Below, piece after piece: positions 45,866-57,400 of a stretch of DNA of 64,000 nt. Every line of letters begins with the position of its first letter. The stretch's first letter is position 1. The notes under the pieces are model-generated. The model searched no databases. It was not told where the DNA came from and was given only the letters and a program-made list of their open reading frames with translations. A program made the position numbers and the translations under genes. The DNA is from Macrostomum hystrix (lineage: Eukaryota; Animalia; Platyhelminthes). Location: contig CATNEN010000005.1 of assembly GCA_950097015.1 (NCBI GenBank), positions 4,960,001-5,024,000 on the forward strand, given 5' to 3'.

Positions 45866-46947
45866 ATTCCGCGTAAAAAGAAAAGACGCAGAAATCAAAG
45901 GGTTTGTCTGCACCCTTTTGTAAGTACAATGACACACATCGCTCTATTTTGGACTTTGAAACAATATTATAACAAACTTTACAAACCTCCAGCTTACAGA
46001 AACAGGAAAACTTACATTTCTTTTATATAAACCTGCTATTCAAATGTACAATATAACAGAAATAATAAACATGTATAACACATGATTCAAACTTTTCCTA
46101 GGTTGTTTAAAGAAAGAAAATATAATAAAAGAAAATAACTACACTACTAAAAAAATTGAACTAAAAAACTACAAAATGTACAGTTTAATTTACCATTAAC
46201 TAAACATTGAAAATAAAGCCTTTGTTAGTGCACAGTTGAGGGTGGTATACACTTAGAAACATTTAGAAAATATGTCAGCAATCCATGATTACATGAAAAA
46301 CTATCATCAATATGGCCTCCATAAAAGGGCATGCCTTAGAATGAATGCCAAAATTAGAACAATTAGTGCTTTCTCTTCAGAAAATATTTTGTTGGATTAC
46401 AAAGTTAGAATTCCAGCTTAGTCCAAACTTTTGCCTTTAATTGTTATTTAGACTGTTGATTACATAAGAAGCTTAATAAATTTATTGTCACTGTCACTGT
46501 CATGATTTTAGTATATTTAGCATTTAGGATATTGAAATTTCGAAAATTAAAAAAAGAAGCTTTTTATTATGTTTTTGACACTCCAACGTATTATTGAGTT
46601 AAGATATGTAGAGATCTATAAATCTCAAATTATGTAGGCAAAATAAAATCCTTATTATTGTTCACTACCCAAAATACAGAAGTATTTTTTTAATTAATGT
46701 CTGTTTTTTACCTGGAGGTGCTCCATAATAAATAAAGAAAAAAACTTTTGTGGTAAATTCCACAGAACATCCTGTTTCATTCAGTATTTTGCAAAATGTT
46801 TCATCGCTCAATCCATAAGCAAATTCAAACTTTCTGCAGGCGCACAAAGACCCAGAGCCACCCGATCCTGGTCCAAGGCAGCCGCTGAGTGATCACAACA
46901 GAGAGCCGCCCTGGGACCCGGACCCGACAGCTTTGAGGCGCATTTGA
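45866..46947 (+). CDS. AUU-initiated upstream conserved coding region (uCC) uORF, exons 45866-45919 and 46840-46947, 53 aa
   Basis: aaaATTCCG start. IPRKKKRRRNQRVCLHPF | GTAAGT ... TTCTGCAG | AHKDPEPPDPGPRQPLSDHNREPPWDPDPTALRRI*. Phase-0 join. No ATG between the AUU and the main start. Confidence 0.82.
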
Positions 46948-47006
46948 ACGCCTCTTCAAGCCCGGAGATAGGAGAAGAGAAGACTAAGGAGGCGAGGGGT
47001 GAGGCG

Positions 47007-48322
47007 ATGACGTCATTGGCTGGGCCAAGCGGGCGGGTGTTTACCAGCCAGACGGAGGCCTGCGCCTGGCACGTGAACAATCTGCCACCAGATTGTCAGT
47101 CAGCTTCGCTATTAGATTTGGCCGCTCTGTGGCGCAGCAGAGCCAGCTTATTGAATCAACTCGGCCGGGGCGCCCAGCTTGTCACCCGCATCGATGCCCA
47201 CGCATCGGCTGGCCTGACCGGAGCCCTGGCTCAGCTGGGCTGCGGTGTCAGGGTGCGAGCTAGAGACGACCTTATGGTGAGCGGCCATACTGAAACTGGA
47301 ACGATACTATATCCGAATTCATATAAAATGCGACTCATCCATGTTGTCTTATTTTTTTTCAGGGCGCAATCTCGTCTGGTCTGGACGGCTCGAGCCTGCT
47401 TTTAGACAATCCCTGCAACAAGACCAGATCGCTGATCAACTTAGCTAAGCGTCAAGGCGTTGCTATGACGACATTCGACAATGCTTCGGAAGCGGCCAAG
47501 CTGGCCGAACTCTGGCCAACTGTATCTGCTCTGCTGCTAGTTAGGGCTGACGATTCGGACGCTCTGCTAGGCGACGCTGCTCTTGGCGCCGATTCGAATT
47601 CCCTAGCTGAGATTCTGATGTTTGCCAAGCGGGTTGGCCTAGATGTAGCCGGAGTGGCTGTTGCCGACTGCTCCAAGACTACCGTACTGGAAGTGGCTCG
47701 GCTGGCTATGAGCATTGGTAGGCAGTTCGGTCATCGAATGTCGCTTCTAGATATTGGTTGCCTTGGCAACGATGTCAACAATATTGAATCAATCGCCAAC
47801 GAAGTGCATCGCTGCTTCGACGATCTGGGGCTGGAGAGCGACAAGCTGCGACTGATGTGCGACCCGACTGAAACCCTGCTGGCTCGTTCTATTGTTGTAG
47901 CAACCAGAGTGGTTGCTAAGGTAACATTGTCGCCCAGTAACGATGCGAACGAGAAAAACGGCTTGCTATGCACAGTTGGAGATTCAACATTCGGCGCTTT
48001 CGCTGGTTGGCGTCTTCGAGCCGATTGCAACGGTCTGTCCGACTCAACTCCTGAGCTCATGGCTCTTGTGCACGTGCGTAGTCTGCAGGACATCAGCGAT
48101 GCTGACGATGCTGAAGAGATGATCGCCGACAAGATCTGGTTGCAGGGCTTCACAGAAACGCCTGACGATCAGCTGGGTTGCCTGAACGGCATCGATAATT
48201 GGCTCTCTTCGAATCTGCAGATTGGCGATTGGCTGCTGTGGTCCGGCGTTGGCGCCGACGATAGCCGAATGGGCCGACGAGCGAACGTCCTGCCTGAGCC
48301 GCAGTTCCGCTGCTTTTTGTGA
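47007..48322 (+). CDS. Ornithine decarboxylase homolog lacking catalytic residues (antizyme inhibitor-like); exons 47007-47276 and 47363-48322
   Basis: LLDL..L, DNPCNK, GVAMTTFDN, GLDVAGVAV, FGHRMSLLDIG and VVATRVVAK match the ODC/AZIN fold. GTGAGC donor and TTTTCAG acceptor, phase 0. Confidence 0.85.
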
Positions 48323-48356
48323 GTCCCAGAATTGCCTGCTGGGGGATTTCTTCAGT

Positions 48357-48830
48357 TCCCTGAAGTTTAGGAGGTTAGCATAGACCTATTGACCGCCTGT
48401 CCCTGAAGTTTAGGAGGTTAGTAGCTATTAGCCGCTTGTCACTGAAGTTTAGGAGGTTAGTAGCTATTAGCCGCTTGTCCCTGAAGTTAAGGAGGTTAGT
48501 AGCTATTAGCCGCTTGTCCCTGAAGTTTAGGAGGTTAGTAGCTATTAGCCGCTTGTCCCTGAAGTTAAGGAGGTTAGTAGCTATTAGCCGCTTGTCCCTG
48601 AAGTTTAGGAGGTTAGCATAGACCTATTGACCGCCTGTCCCTGAAGTTTAGGAGGTTAGTAGCTATTAGCCGCTTGTCCCTGAAGTTTAGGAGGTTAGTA
48701 GCTATTAGCCGCTTGTCCCTGAAGTTAAGGAGGTTAGTAGCTATTAGCCGCTTGTCCCTGAAGTTTAGGAGGTTAGTAGCTATTGACTGGCTGTCCCTGA
48801 AGTTTAGGAGGTTAGTAACTATAAGAGCAG
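48357..48830. repeat. 39-bp minisatellite (CCCTGAAGTTTAGGAGGTTAGTAGCTATTAGCCGCTTGT), directly after the ODC-like stop
   Basis: Read directly. Confidence 0.95.
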
Positions 48831-49475
48831 TTTTGAAACTAGTTTCCTGGCTTAAAACGCTAACTTAAGCTTTAGAAAAAATGCTGCCATCGCAAATGTG
48901 AAGTCCTTTGTAACCACAGAAAAAATGAAACTGCTGGATACAAAAATGCTTCATAGAATGTGTGCATGAGATGCGGCTTTCACTGTTTCTAGTTGTTTTT
49001 TTACCTAAAACATCTGTTAGACGGAAAATTTTGGCTACGCCAAGTAATAACAACAGCTAATCTTGTACCAGTCATCTGTAAATTGCAGTATTTAAGCTTG
49101 CTTCTGTATCGGAATTATTTTGTTGAATCAGATTAACCAACATCAAGGCACGCTTTTTAATTCTTTAAAACGTCTGTTAGCTAAGATTTAATGCAGCCAA
49201 AATATGGAATTTTCCATATAAAAATAATATGGTCCTCCGCTCTGTATTTAGATCATCTAATGAAAGTCACTGAACTGCTCTTAGCGAAATGAAAACTGAT
49301 AAGGAGCCGACACTGAGAAAGCGTTTTCAACATTTTCAGACCAGTCTTAGGGCCAGAGGTCGCAGTACCTTTTCTAGTCCATAGGCTAATCAGATTCACA
49401 TTCTGTCAGTTGATTGCGCAAGTTTTAGATTAGTTCAAAACCAAATGCACATTTTGCTTTCCGTGACAAATTGTG

Positions 49476-51760
49476 TCTTTGAGTATGGACTGAGGCATTG
49501 TGTCTCTGAGTATGGACTGAGGCATTGTGTCTCTGAGTATGGACTGAGGCATTGTGTCTCTGAGTATGGACTGAGGCATTGTGTCTCTTTGAGTATGGAC
49601 TGAGGCATTGTGTCTCTGAGTATGGACTGAGGCATTGTGTCTCTGAGTATGGACTGAGGCATTGTGTCTCTGAGTATGGACTGAGGCATTGTGTCTCTGA
49701 GTATGGACTGAGGCATTGTGTCTCTTTGAGTATGGACTGAGGCATTGTGTCTCTGAGTATGGACTGAGGCATTGTGTCTCTGAGTATGGACTGAGGCATT
49801 GTGTCTCTGAGTATGGACTGAGGCATTGTGTCTCTGAGTATGGACTGAGGCATTGTGTCTCTGAGTATGGACTGAGGCATTGTGTCTCTTTGAGTATGGA
49901 CTGAGGCATTGTGTCTCTTTGAGTATGGACTGAGGCATTGTGTCTCTTTGAGTATGGACTGAGGCATTGTGTCTCTTTGAGTATGTACTGAGGCATTGTG
50001 TCTCTGAGTATGGACTGAGGCATTGTGTCTCTTTGAGTATGGACTGAGGCATTGTGTCTCTTTGAGTATGGACTGAGGCATTGTGTCTCTTTGAGTATGG
50101 ACTGAGGCATTGTGTCTCTTTGAGTATGGACTGAGGCATTGTGTCTCTTTGAGTATGGACTGAGGCATTGTGTCTCTTTGAGTATGGACTGAGGCATTGT
50201 GTCTCTTTGAGTATGGACTGAGGCATTGTGTCTCTTTGAGTATGGACTGAGGCATTGTCTTTGAGTATGGACTGAGGCATTGTGTCTCTGAGTATGGACT
50301 GAGGCATTGTGTCTCTGAGTATGGACTGAGGCATTGTGTCTCTGAGTATGGACTGAGGCATTGTGTCTCTGAGTATGGACTGAGGCATTGTGTCTCTGAG
50401 TATGGACTGAGGCATTGTGTCTCTGAGTTATGGACTGAGGCATTGTGTCTCTTTGAGTATGGACTGAGGCATTGTGTCTCTGAGTATGGACTGAGGCATT
50501 GTGTCTCTGAGTATGGACTGAGGCATTGTGTCTCTGAGTATGGACTGAGGCATTGTGTCTCTTTGAGTATGGACTGAGGCATTGTGTCTCTTTGAGTATG
50601 GACTGAGGCATTGTGTCTCTTTGAGTATGGACTGAGGCATTGTGTCTCTTTGAGTATGGACTGAGGCATTGTGTCTCTGAGTATGGACTGAGGCATTGTG
50701 TCTCTGAGTATGGACTGAGGCATTGTGTCTCTTTGAGTATGGACTGAGGCATTGTGTCTCTTTGAGTATGGACTGAGGCATTGTGTCTCTTTGAGTATGG
50801 ACTGAGGCATTGTGTCTCTTTGAGTATGGACTGAGGCATTGTGTCTCTGAGTATGGACTGAGGCATTGTGTCTCTTTGAGTATGGACTGAGGCATTGTGT
50901 CTCTTTGAGTATGGACTGAGGCATTGTGTCTCTTTGAGTATGGACTGAGGCATTGTGTCTCTGAGTATGGACTGAGGCATTGTGTCTCTTTGAGTATGGA
51001 CTGAGGCATTGTGTCTCTTTGAGTATGGACTGAGGCATTGTGTCTCTGAGTATGGACTGAGGCATTGTGTCTCTGAGTATGGACTGAGGCATTGTGTCTC
51101 TTTGAGTATGGACTGAGGCATTGTGTCTCTGAGTATGGACTGAGGCATTGTGTCTCTTTGAGTATGGACTGAGGCATTGTGTCTCTTTGAGTATGGACTG
51201 AGGCATTGTGTCTCTTTGAGTATGGACTGAGGCATTGTGTCTCTTTGAGTATGGACTGAGGCATTGTGTCTCTTTGAGTATGGACTGAGGCATTGTGTCT
51301 CTGAGTATGGACTGAGGCATTGTGTCTCTTTGAGTATGGACTGAGGCATTGTGTCTCTTTGAGTATGGACTGAGGCATTGTGTCTCTTTGAGTATGGACT
51401 GAGGCATTGTGTCTCTGAGTATGGACTGAGGCATTGTGTCTCTTTGAGTATGGACTGAGGCATTGTGTCTCTTTGAGTATGGACTGAGGCATTGTGTCTC
51501 TGAGTATGGACTGAGGCATTGTGTCTCTGAGTATGGACTGAGGCATTGTGTCTCTTTGAGTATGGACTGAGGCATTGTGTCTCTGAGTATGGACTGAGGC
51601 ATTGTGTCTCTTTGAGTATGGACTGAGGCATTGTGTCTCTGAGTATGGACTGAGGCATTGCGTCTCTTTGAGTATGGACTGAGGCATTGTGTCTCTGAGT
51701 ATGGACTGAGGCATTGTGTCTCTTTGAGTATGGACTGAGGCATTGTGTCTCTTTGAGTAC
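49476..51760. repeat. 27/29-bp minisatellite (GAGTATGGACTGAGGCATTGTGTCTCT[TT])
   Basis: Read directly. The long minus-strand ORFs are artefacts. Confidence 0.97.
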
Positions 51761-52226
51761 GGCGCGAGTTTGAAGGTGCTGTTTCTATTGTTGAAATCTA
51801 CGCCAATGGAACAGTAGTTAGCTCTGTTGCGTAGCAAGAAATTTGATAAAAACAATTCGTTTCGAATCAGGCAAACTGGCCGCGAGATGCCGCAAAAGGC
51901 TTCGCCGTCGCTGCTACGCTGCGGTGCCGATCATCGCGCCGCTACGTGCCGCACTCGTCACTCGTCCAGCTGCTGCTACAGCGACAGTCTCGCCTCATCC
52001 GCCGCTGTCATCAGCTCTGCAGATTCCGTCAACAATGACGCTGTCAACAATCGTCAGCTGTCATCGTCCGATGCCAATGCGGCCGCTTCGGCTCGCGAGA
52101 TTTGCTGCTCCGTGCTTTTGTCTTAAAAGAAAATAGACTGAGTGCGTAGCAACTGTAGCTAACTGCGTTGTTTACGTTGGATACGGATATTAAAAAATTT
52201 TGATTCAGTGTTTAGTTGATCGAAAG

Positions 52227-52430
52227 CAGGGGTCGGCAAACTCCGGCCCGCGGGCCAGATGCGGCCCGTGTCTCATCTCCCGTCTCATCTCTCTCGTGTC
52301 TCATCTCTCTCGTGTCTCATCTCTCCCGTGTCTCATCTCTCCCCTTTCACATTTCTACAATCAATGCGGCCCGCTGTCGTCTTTTACGTTTTCTCTTTGG
52401 CCCGCTAGCTTATAAGTTTGCCGATCCCTG
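52227..52430. mobile_element. hAT (Charlie-like) MITE, 204 bp
   Basis: TIR CAGGGGTCGGCAAACT / AGTTTGCCGATCCCTG. 8-bp TSD ATCGAAAG / ATCTAAAG. Confidence 0.88.
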
Positions 52431-54470
52431 ATCTAAAGTGACTTAAAATACTATTCCAATACAAATTCACATTAATTGCACTAAAGAAAACAGACTTTAG
52501 GCCGTATCCAAGATAAACGCGACAGTAACTAGGCAGTTCTAGATAATTTCCATCACAAGAAACGTTGGCCCCTCAAGTTGAATTTTTTTCCTCCTTAGAC
52601 ACTAAAAAAGCGAAAACAAGCAAAGCCTCTTTAACTCTTCTTCTTTAATCTGGTTTGCGGAGCGAGCTCAATTGTCGCCTTTCTGTTGTTAGGGTCGGTT
52701 ACGAGACGGCTTCCCAGCTGTTTTTTTCCCAGGTATATTTTTTGCTTCCTTAATTTTTATTTTTGATCTCATATTTTGTGATCATTATTTTGCCTTGCAT
52801 GGTGACTGAGATTAAATAATTAATAGGGTCGAATGTGCATTAATTAATCTCTTTTTAAATCTCTGATTTGAGTTTTAGTGCATACTACTTACAAGTAGTG
52901 GAGTTTGCCTGGTAAGCTTACGAAGAAATGAGATTAACTTATTTAATTTTCAAAGCTTTTCAAATTTCAATATCTATTGATAGATTAATTTTCCGTTTTT
53001 TATGTTTTACCTTTGCTATTGGATTGCTGTCTTATGGAACATTTGAGCCTTATCGCTACTAGTGCTCACTGATTGCTGCTTCTACCATTGGCCCAAAAAA
53101 ATTTGCGTTCTAACTTTTAATTTTGCCTTAAACAGGCCTAAAACCATCGTAGCCCAAAACACTACTTATCCCGTAATTTTTATTCTGTGTTTTTTTCTTA
53201 TAAACTGGATGCTGGTTAGAAAGCCGCGAAATTAATCTACAGGGTCTCACAATGCTGCCAAAGTCGCAGTTCGCTATAAAATATGATTAATTAACAATAA
53301 ACAAAATAATACTGATAACCTTGCTTATTAATAAATTATTCAAATAGAAAAATGATCATTGTTCAGCTGTCTGTTATTTTCTGCATTACATTTTACACGT
53401 GGTGTGAAATCTGTGAAGGCGTACGTCATGATCAGCTATTGCTGTGTACAGTTGCTTAGTCCGTGGACAGGACAGGGCACCCAGCCAGCTTGCTGGTAGA
53501 TGCTGGTAGCTAGCTATCTTACAAATAGGTATAATCAGAGTTTTTACCCCTAGGATTCGATCTTTTTTTAGACTGCTAAAATTGATTTCCTAACTAAAGA
53601 ATATGAAAAAACAGCACAGATCTCCATGTAAAAGAGGAATATTATAAAAATATTACTCGAAAGGCGAGTAATAAACTATTTAAACATAAGGTCAGTGTTT
53701 ACACGTTAAGTGTTTAAAGAAACTAAATGAGTGCTTTTTTGTATTTTAGTCTGATTAAAAGTTTTGTTTATTATTATTTTTAACTTACAATCAAAACGGC
53801 ACGAAAAAATCAATGTCTAATCAATCGATTAGGTACGAAATGTTAGGTCAATGTGGAAATTCGGTTAAATTCTTATTGAAAAAAAAGCTTACAGCTAAAA
53901 AAAGACTAAGCTATTCCATTAAGAAAGTTATTTACTGGATAATTAATTCATTGGAAATGTTACGTAAGACAAATCGGCATGGACACTGGTAATAACAAAT
54001 TAATGTTGTTTTAAAATCAAGAACCCACAAAATTATCTAAATGGCTGGCACTTTATTATTGAATAAAAGCTCTTAATTTATGACATTTCTAGATGTGCTA
54101 TTCGGCAAAAAACAATTCGCAAAAGCGCCGATTTAAACAAAAATCAGCACTTTTAAACTTGCGCCAGAAAATGACATTTAACGGTAAGTTTTTGTGCCCG
54201 ATGGAATCATGAAATCAGAACACAGTCTTGCAGTGCCTAAATTGAATCTGCTAAAATAATAGTTTCGATCTACGCTACCGACTTAACAGCAGTCCAATAA
54301 GCGAAGAATTGAAAAAGATGGAAAAAGCAAATCGAATTCAAACTCGCGCCAAATTTTTCGTTAATTACCTTTTCTATGTTTTGCTATAAAAACTTCAAAA
54401 CACACATTTGGTTATAGTAAGAGTCAGACAATGTTAAACAAATGAATTAACTGACGAATTAATAAATGAA

Positions 54471-57400
54471 TTAGGCCTTAGCCAGATCCCTAGCAACCAT
54501 CTCGGAGGTGATTGGATGCATGAATTGTCGCCTAGCCAGAAAGTGCTCCTTGGCTCGCTGCTTGGCGGCCGACCAGCCGAATAGTTCCCTGTAGAGTGGG
54601 CGAACAAATTTCATTCGGCCAACGGTGGCTAAGAAGCCGAGGGATTCGTCCACAGACTGCGGATAGCGATGCTTGGCGCACAGGCGGAGCCAGCGGAACT
54701 TCACCTCGCTGCATTTCACATTCTCCAGGTTGTAGACGCTGGCCATGCGAGCGAGTTTGGCGTGGGGCAGAGCCTGCTCCGAGTGGAGCAGCTCGTCTAG
54801 CATTAGAATCTTCTGCTTTGTGTTCAGCTGGGCGAATGCGTCTGCCGAAGTAACGAGCGAATGAAAAAATAACGTAACATATAAAAATACATGAAAGTAA
54901 TGAGAACCAATCCACTTATAAAAATTAACGGAAGATATCATTTAATCACGAAAAGTAACTAACGAGACCACCTTATGGAATTTAACGGAAGAACTCGTTG
55001 CAGTTCGAAAAGTAACGAGTGTGACTATTCTGTGGAATTTAACGGAAGAACTCGTTGCATTACGAAAAGTAGCGATTGTGACTATTTTATGGAATTTAAC
55101 GGAAGAACTCGTTGCAGTATTAAAAGAAACAGAACAGATCAACAGTGTACAAAAGTAACGGAAGAGATCATCGGTTAATAAAAAGTAACGGAAGATGCCA
55201 ATAGCGAAGGAATGTAACGAATGACGCTATTTATATATGCTGATGAAAACGAAACTTATGGGTTAAGACCCATAGTAAATATAGTTACACATTAGTAGAG
55301 CATATCCAACAGCATTAAAGAGTTCTCACCGGCTGAAAATCCGCTCAAATCCTGTCGCTCACTGTCTAGCCAATCGTGAGCCAGCTGAACGGATGAATCG
55401 GCCAAAGTCCGATCTAAGCCGTCAGGAATAGCCACGGGCGGCATTCCCGGCTTGTGAAACCAGGCCTCCCAATTTACTTCGGCTTCTACCTTGGCCAGGC
55501 CTAGCGGAGATGCCTCGGCCAGGTGGCGCAACAGAAAACTCTTCCACTGCTCCGTGGTGAGAGCTCGACCAGCGAATTCGGCCACGTAGGCCCTCAGCCA
55601 AGCCAGCATGGCGTCCTTGCCAACCAGCGTCTCCAAGTAGTAGAGCAAGCTGGAGCCTTTCTCGTAGGGCACGGAGCTGAATGCGTCGTCGGGATCTACG
55701 CCATCGAGGCGAGGAACTAGACAGGTGAGGGAATCGTCCGGCTGCCTGATGGATAGAAATTGATGAGATCAGAATTTAATTACTAATAAATCTAGTTTCT
55801 TGGCAATCATTATGACTTGTGCGGCCGGCAGCCGCTGTGTACGGCAGTTCAGTCCATGGACTGGGGGGCCGCCACACCCACCCTCAATTACCCCAGCTAA
55901 TGCTGGTACCCAATTAATACCTGGGTGAACGGAGTTAAGTGGCTTGCTAAAGGAGTGGGGAATCGAACCTTCGACCTCTAAGTCGCTCTAACCAATAGGC
56001 TACAACAACCTAATTATGACTAAACTAGCCCTCATACACAAGAGTTTCTAGCGCAATGGACTTCAGTGGTGGAGGATTGAGTGTAAGAGTGATGGGTCTA
56101 CTCTAGGTTCCTGAGCTTGAATGTGCTGCAAGGTCACACCAGTTTGGGGCCAACAGGCTTGAGTTGAGACCCGTACAATTCACGCTCTTGAGGGCCAACC
56201 TCCAAGACACAGAGAAATGTACACTGCCTGACTATGAAAAAGTCAGGGCAGATGTACACACCTAAGCCGTGTTAGCGTGTGCCTGCTATGTGCGTGTGTG
56301 CTCAGGAGTCAATGGAATAAGCAGAATTGCCTCCTCGCTGGCTGCGGGTCTAGTGTCACCAAATGATGTGCCATTGCCGGCAGCATTCAGAGCTCACCTA
56401 GCAACCTCAACCGCGTCCCTCAAAGCATGCCAGCCCTCCAGCATAGCAAGATGCCTGGCTTGGCTGCCGTTGAGTTTTTCGCAGACCAAGCGCTCCACGT
56501 AGACTGTGTGACCCTCGTTGAGCCAGAAGTCCTCCCAGGTGGAGTTGGTTACCAGGTTGCCAGTCCAGCTGTGCGCAATCTCGTGGGCCACAACATCGGC
56601 TAGGGACCGGTCGCCGGCTAGCAGGGTTGGCGTGACAAACGTCAGGCAAGGATTCTCCATGCCGCCGTAGGGGAAGGACGGCGGCAGGACCAGGAGGTCG
56701 TAGCGGCCCCAGCGGTAGGGACCGCAGAGCGATTCGCCAGCCTATGGAGAGATGTTGGGATAATTTGAGTAGAAAAGCTTAAATCTGCTAAATCTAGAGC
56801 TAAAACTTTTTATTTTAGCCCACAAAGTGGTTGTAGTCTTCTGGTTAGAGAGCGTCGGACTCACGACTTGAAGGTCGGAGGTTCGAGTCTCGACTGCAAT
56901 CGAATAATTTGCACATGTACTTTACCAAGATACTTAACTCTGTATTGCTTCAGTTCACCCAGCTGTTAAATGGGTACCAGCCATTAGATGGGGTAATTGG
57001 GGGTGGGTGTGGCGTCCCCCCAGTCCATGGACTGAACAGCCGTACGCAGCCTGTCGGCTGCACATCTGGCCCGATTAGATAAAAAATGTAATAAAAAAAT
57101 TTAAAGTAAGGATTGAGCGAGGGCATTAGCACATCGTTTTGAAATTCCTTCCATTCCGCAAGCGCCTGAGCCCACACGCGCACTGGTGTTCATCTGTCCA
57201 GATTTTCTCATCGTCAGGCAGCGTAAACTCTCACTGTGCCTAGGGGGGGGTTGACGGCCTCGCTGCGGATTCGAACCAGGGACCAATGGCGCGAGACGCA
57301 GACACGGTTATCAGCTCCGCCACTCACCCCCACACCGAGAAGAAGCACATTAAAGAAGCAAAAATACCTGCAACATTGACTCAGTCTCTTGAAATTCCCA

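Noticed and set aside
49425-51855. Overlapping long ORFs of 326-772 aa
   Set aside because: They are open in all three minus-strand frames because of the 27/29-bp repeat, with no unique coding content.
56831-56900. tRNA-like sequences (also 7507-7575 and 57255-57333) as genuine tRNA genes
   Set aside because: The anticodon or acceptor arms do not pair properly, and each continues into a shared SINE body.
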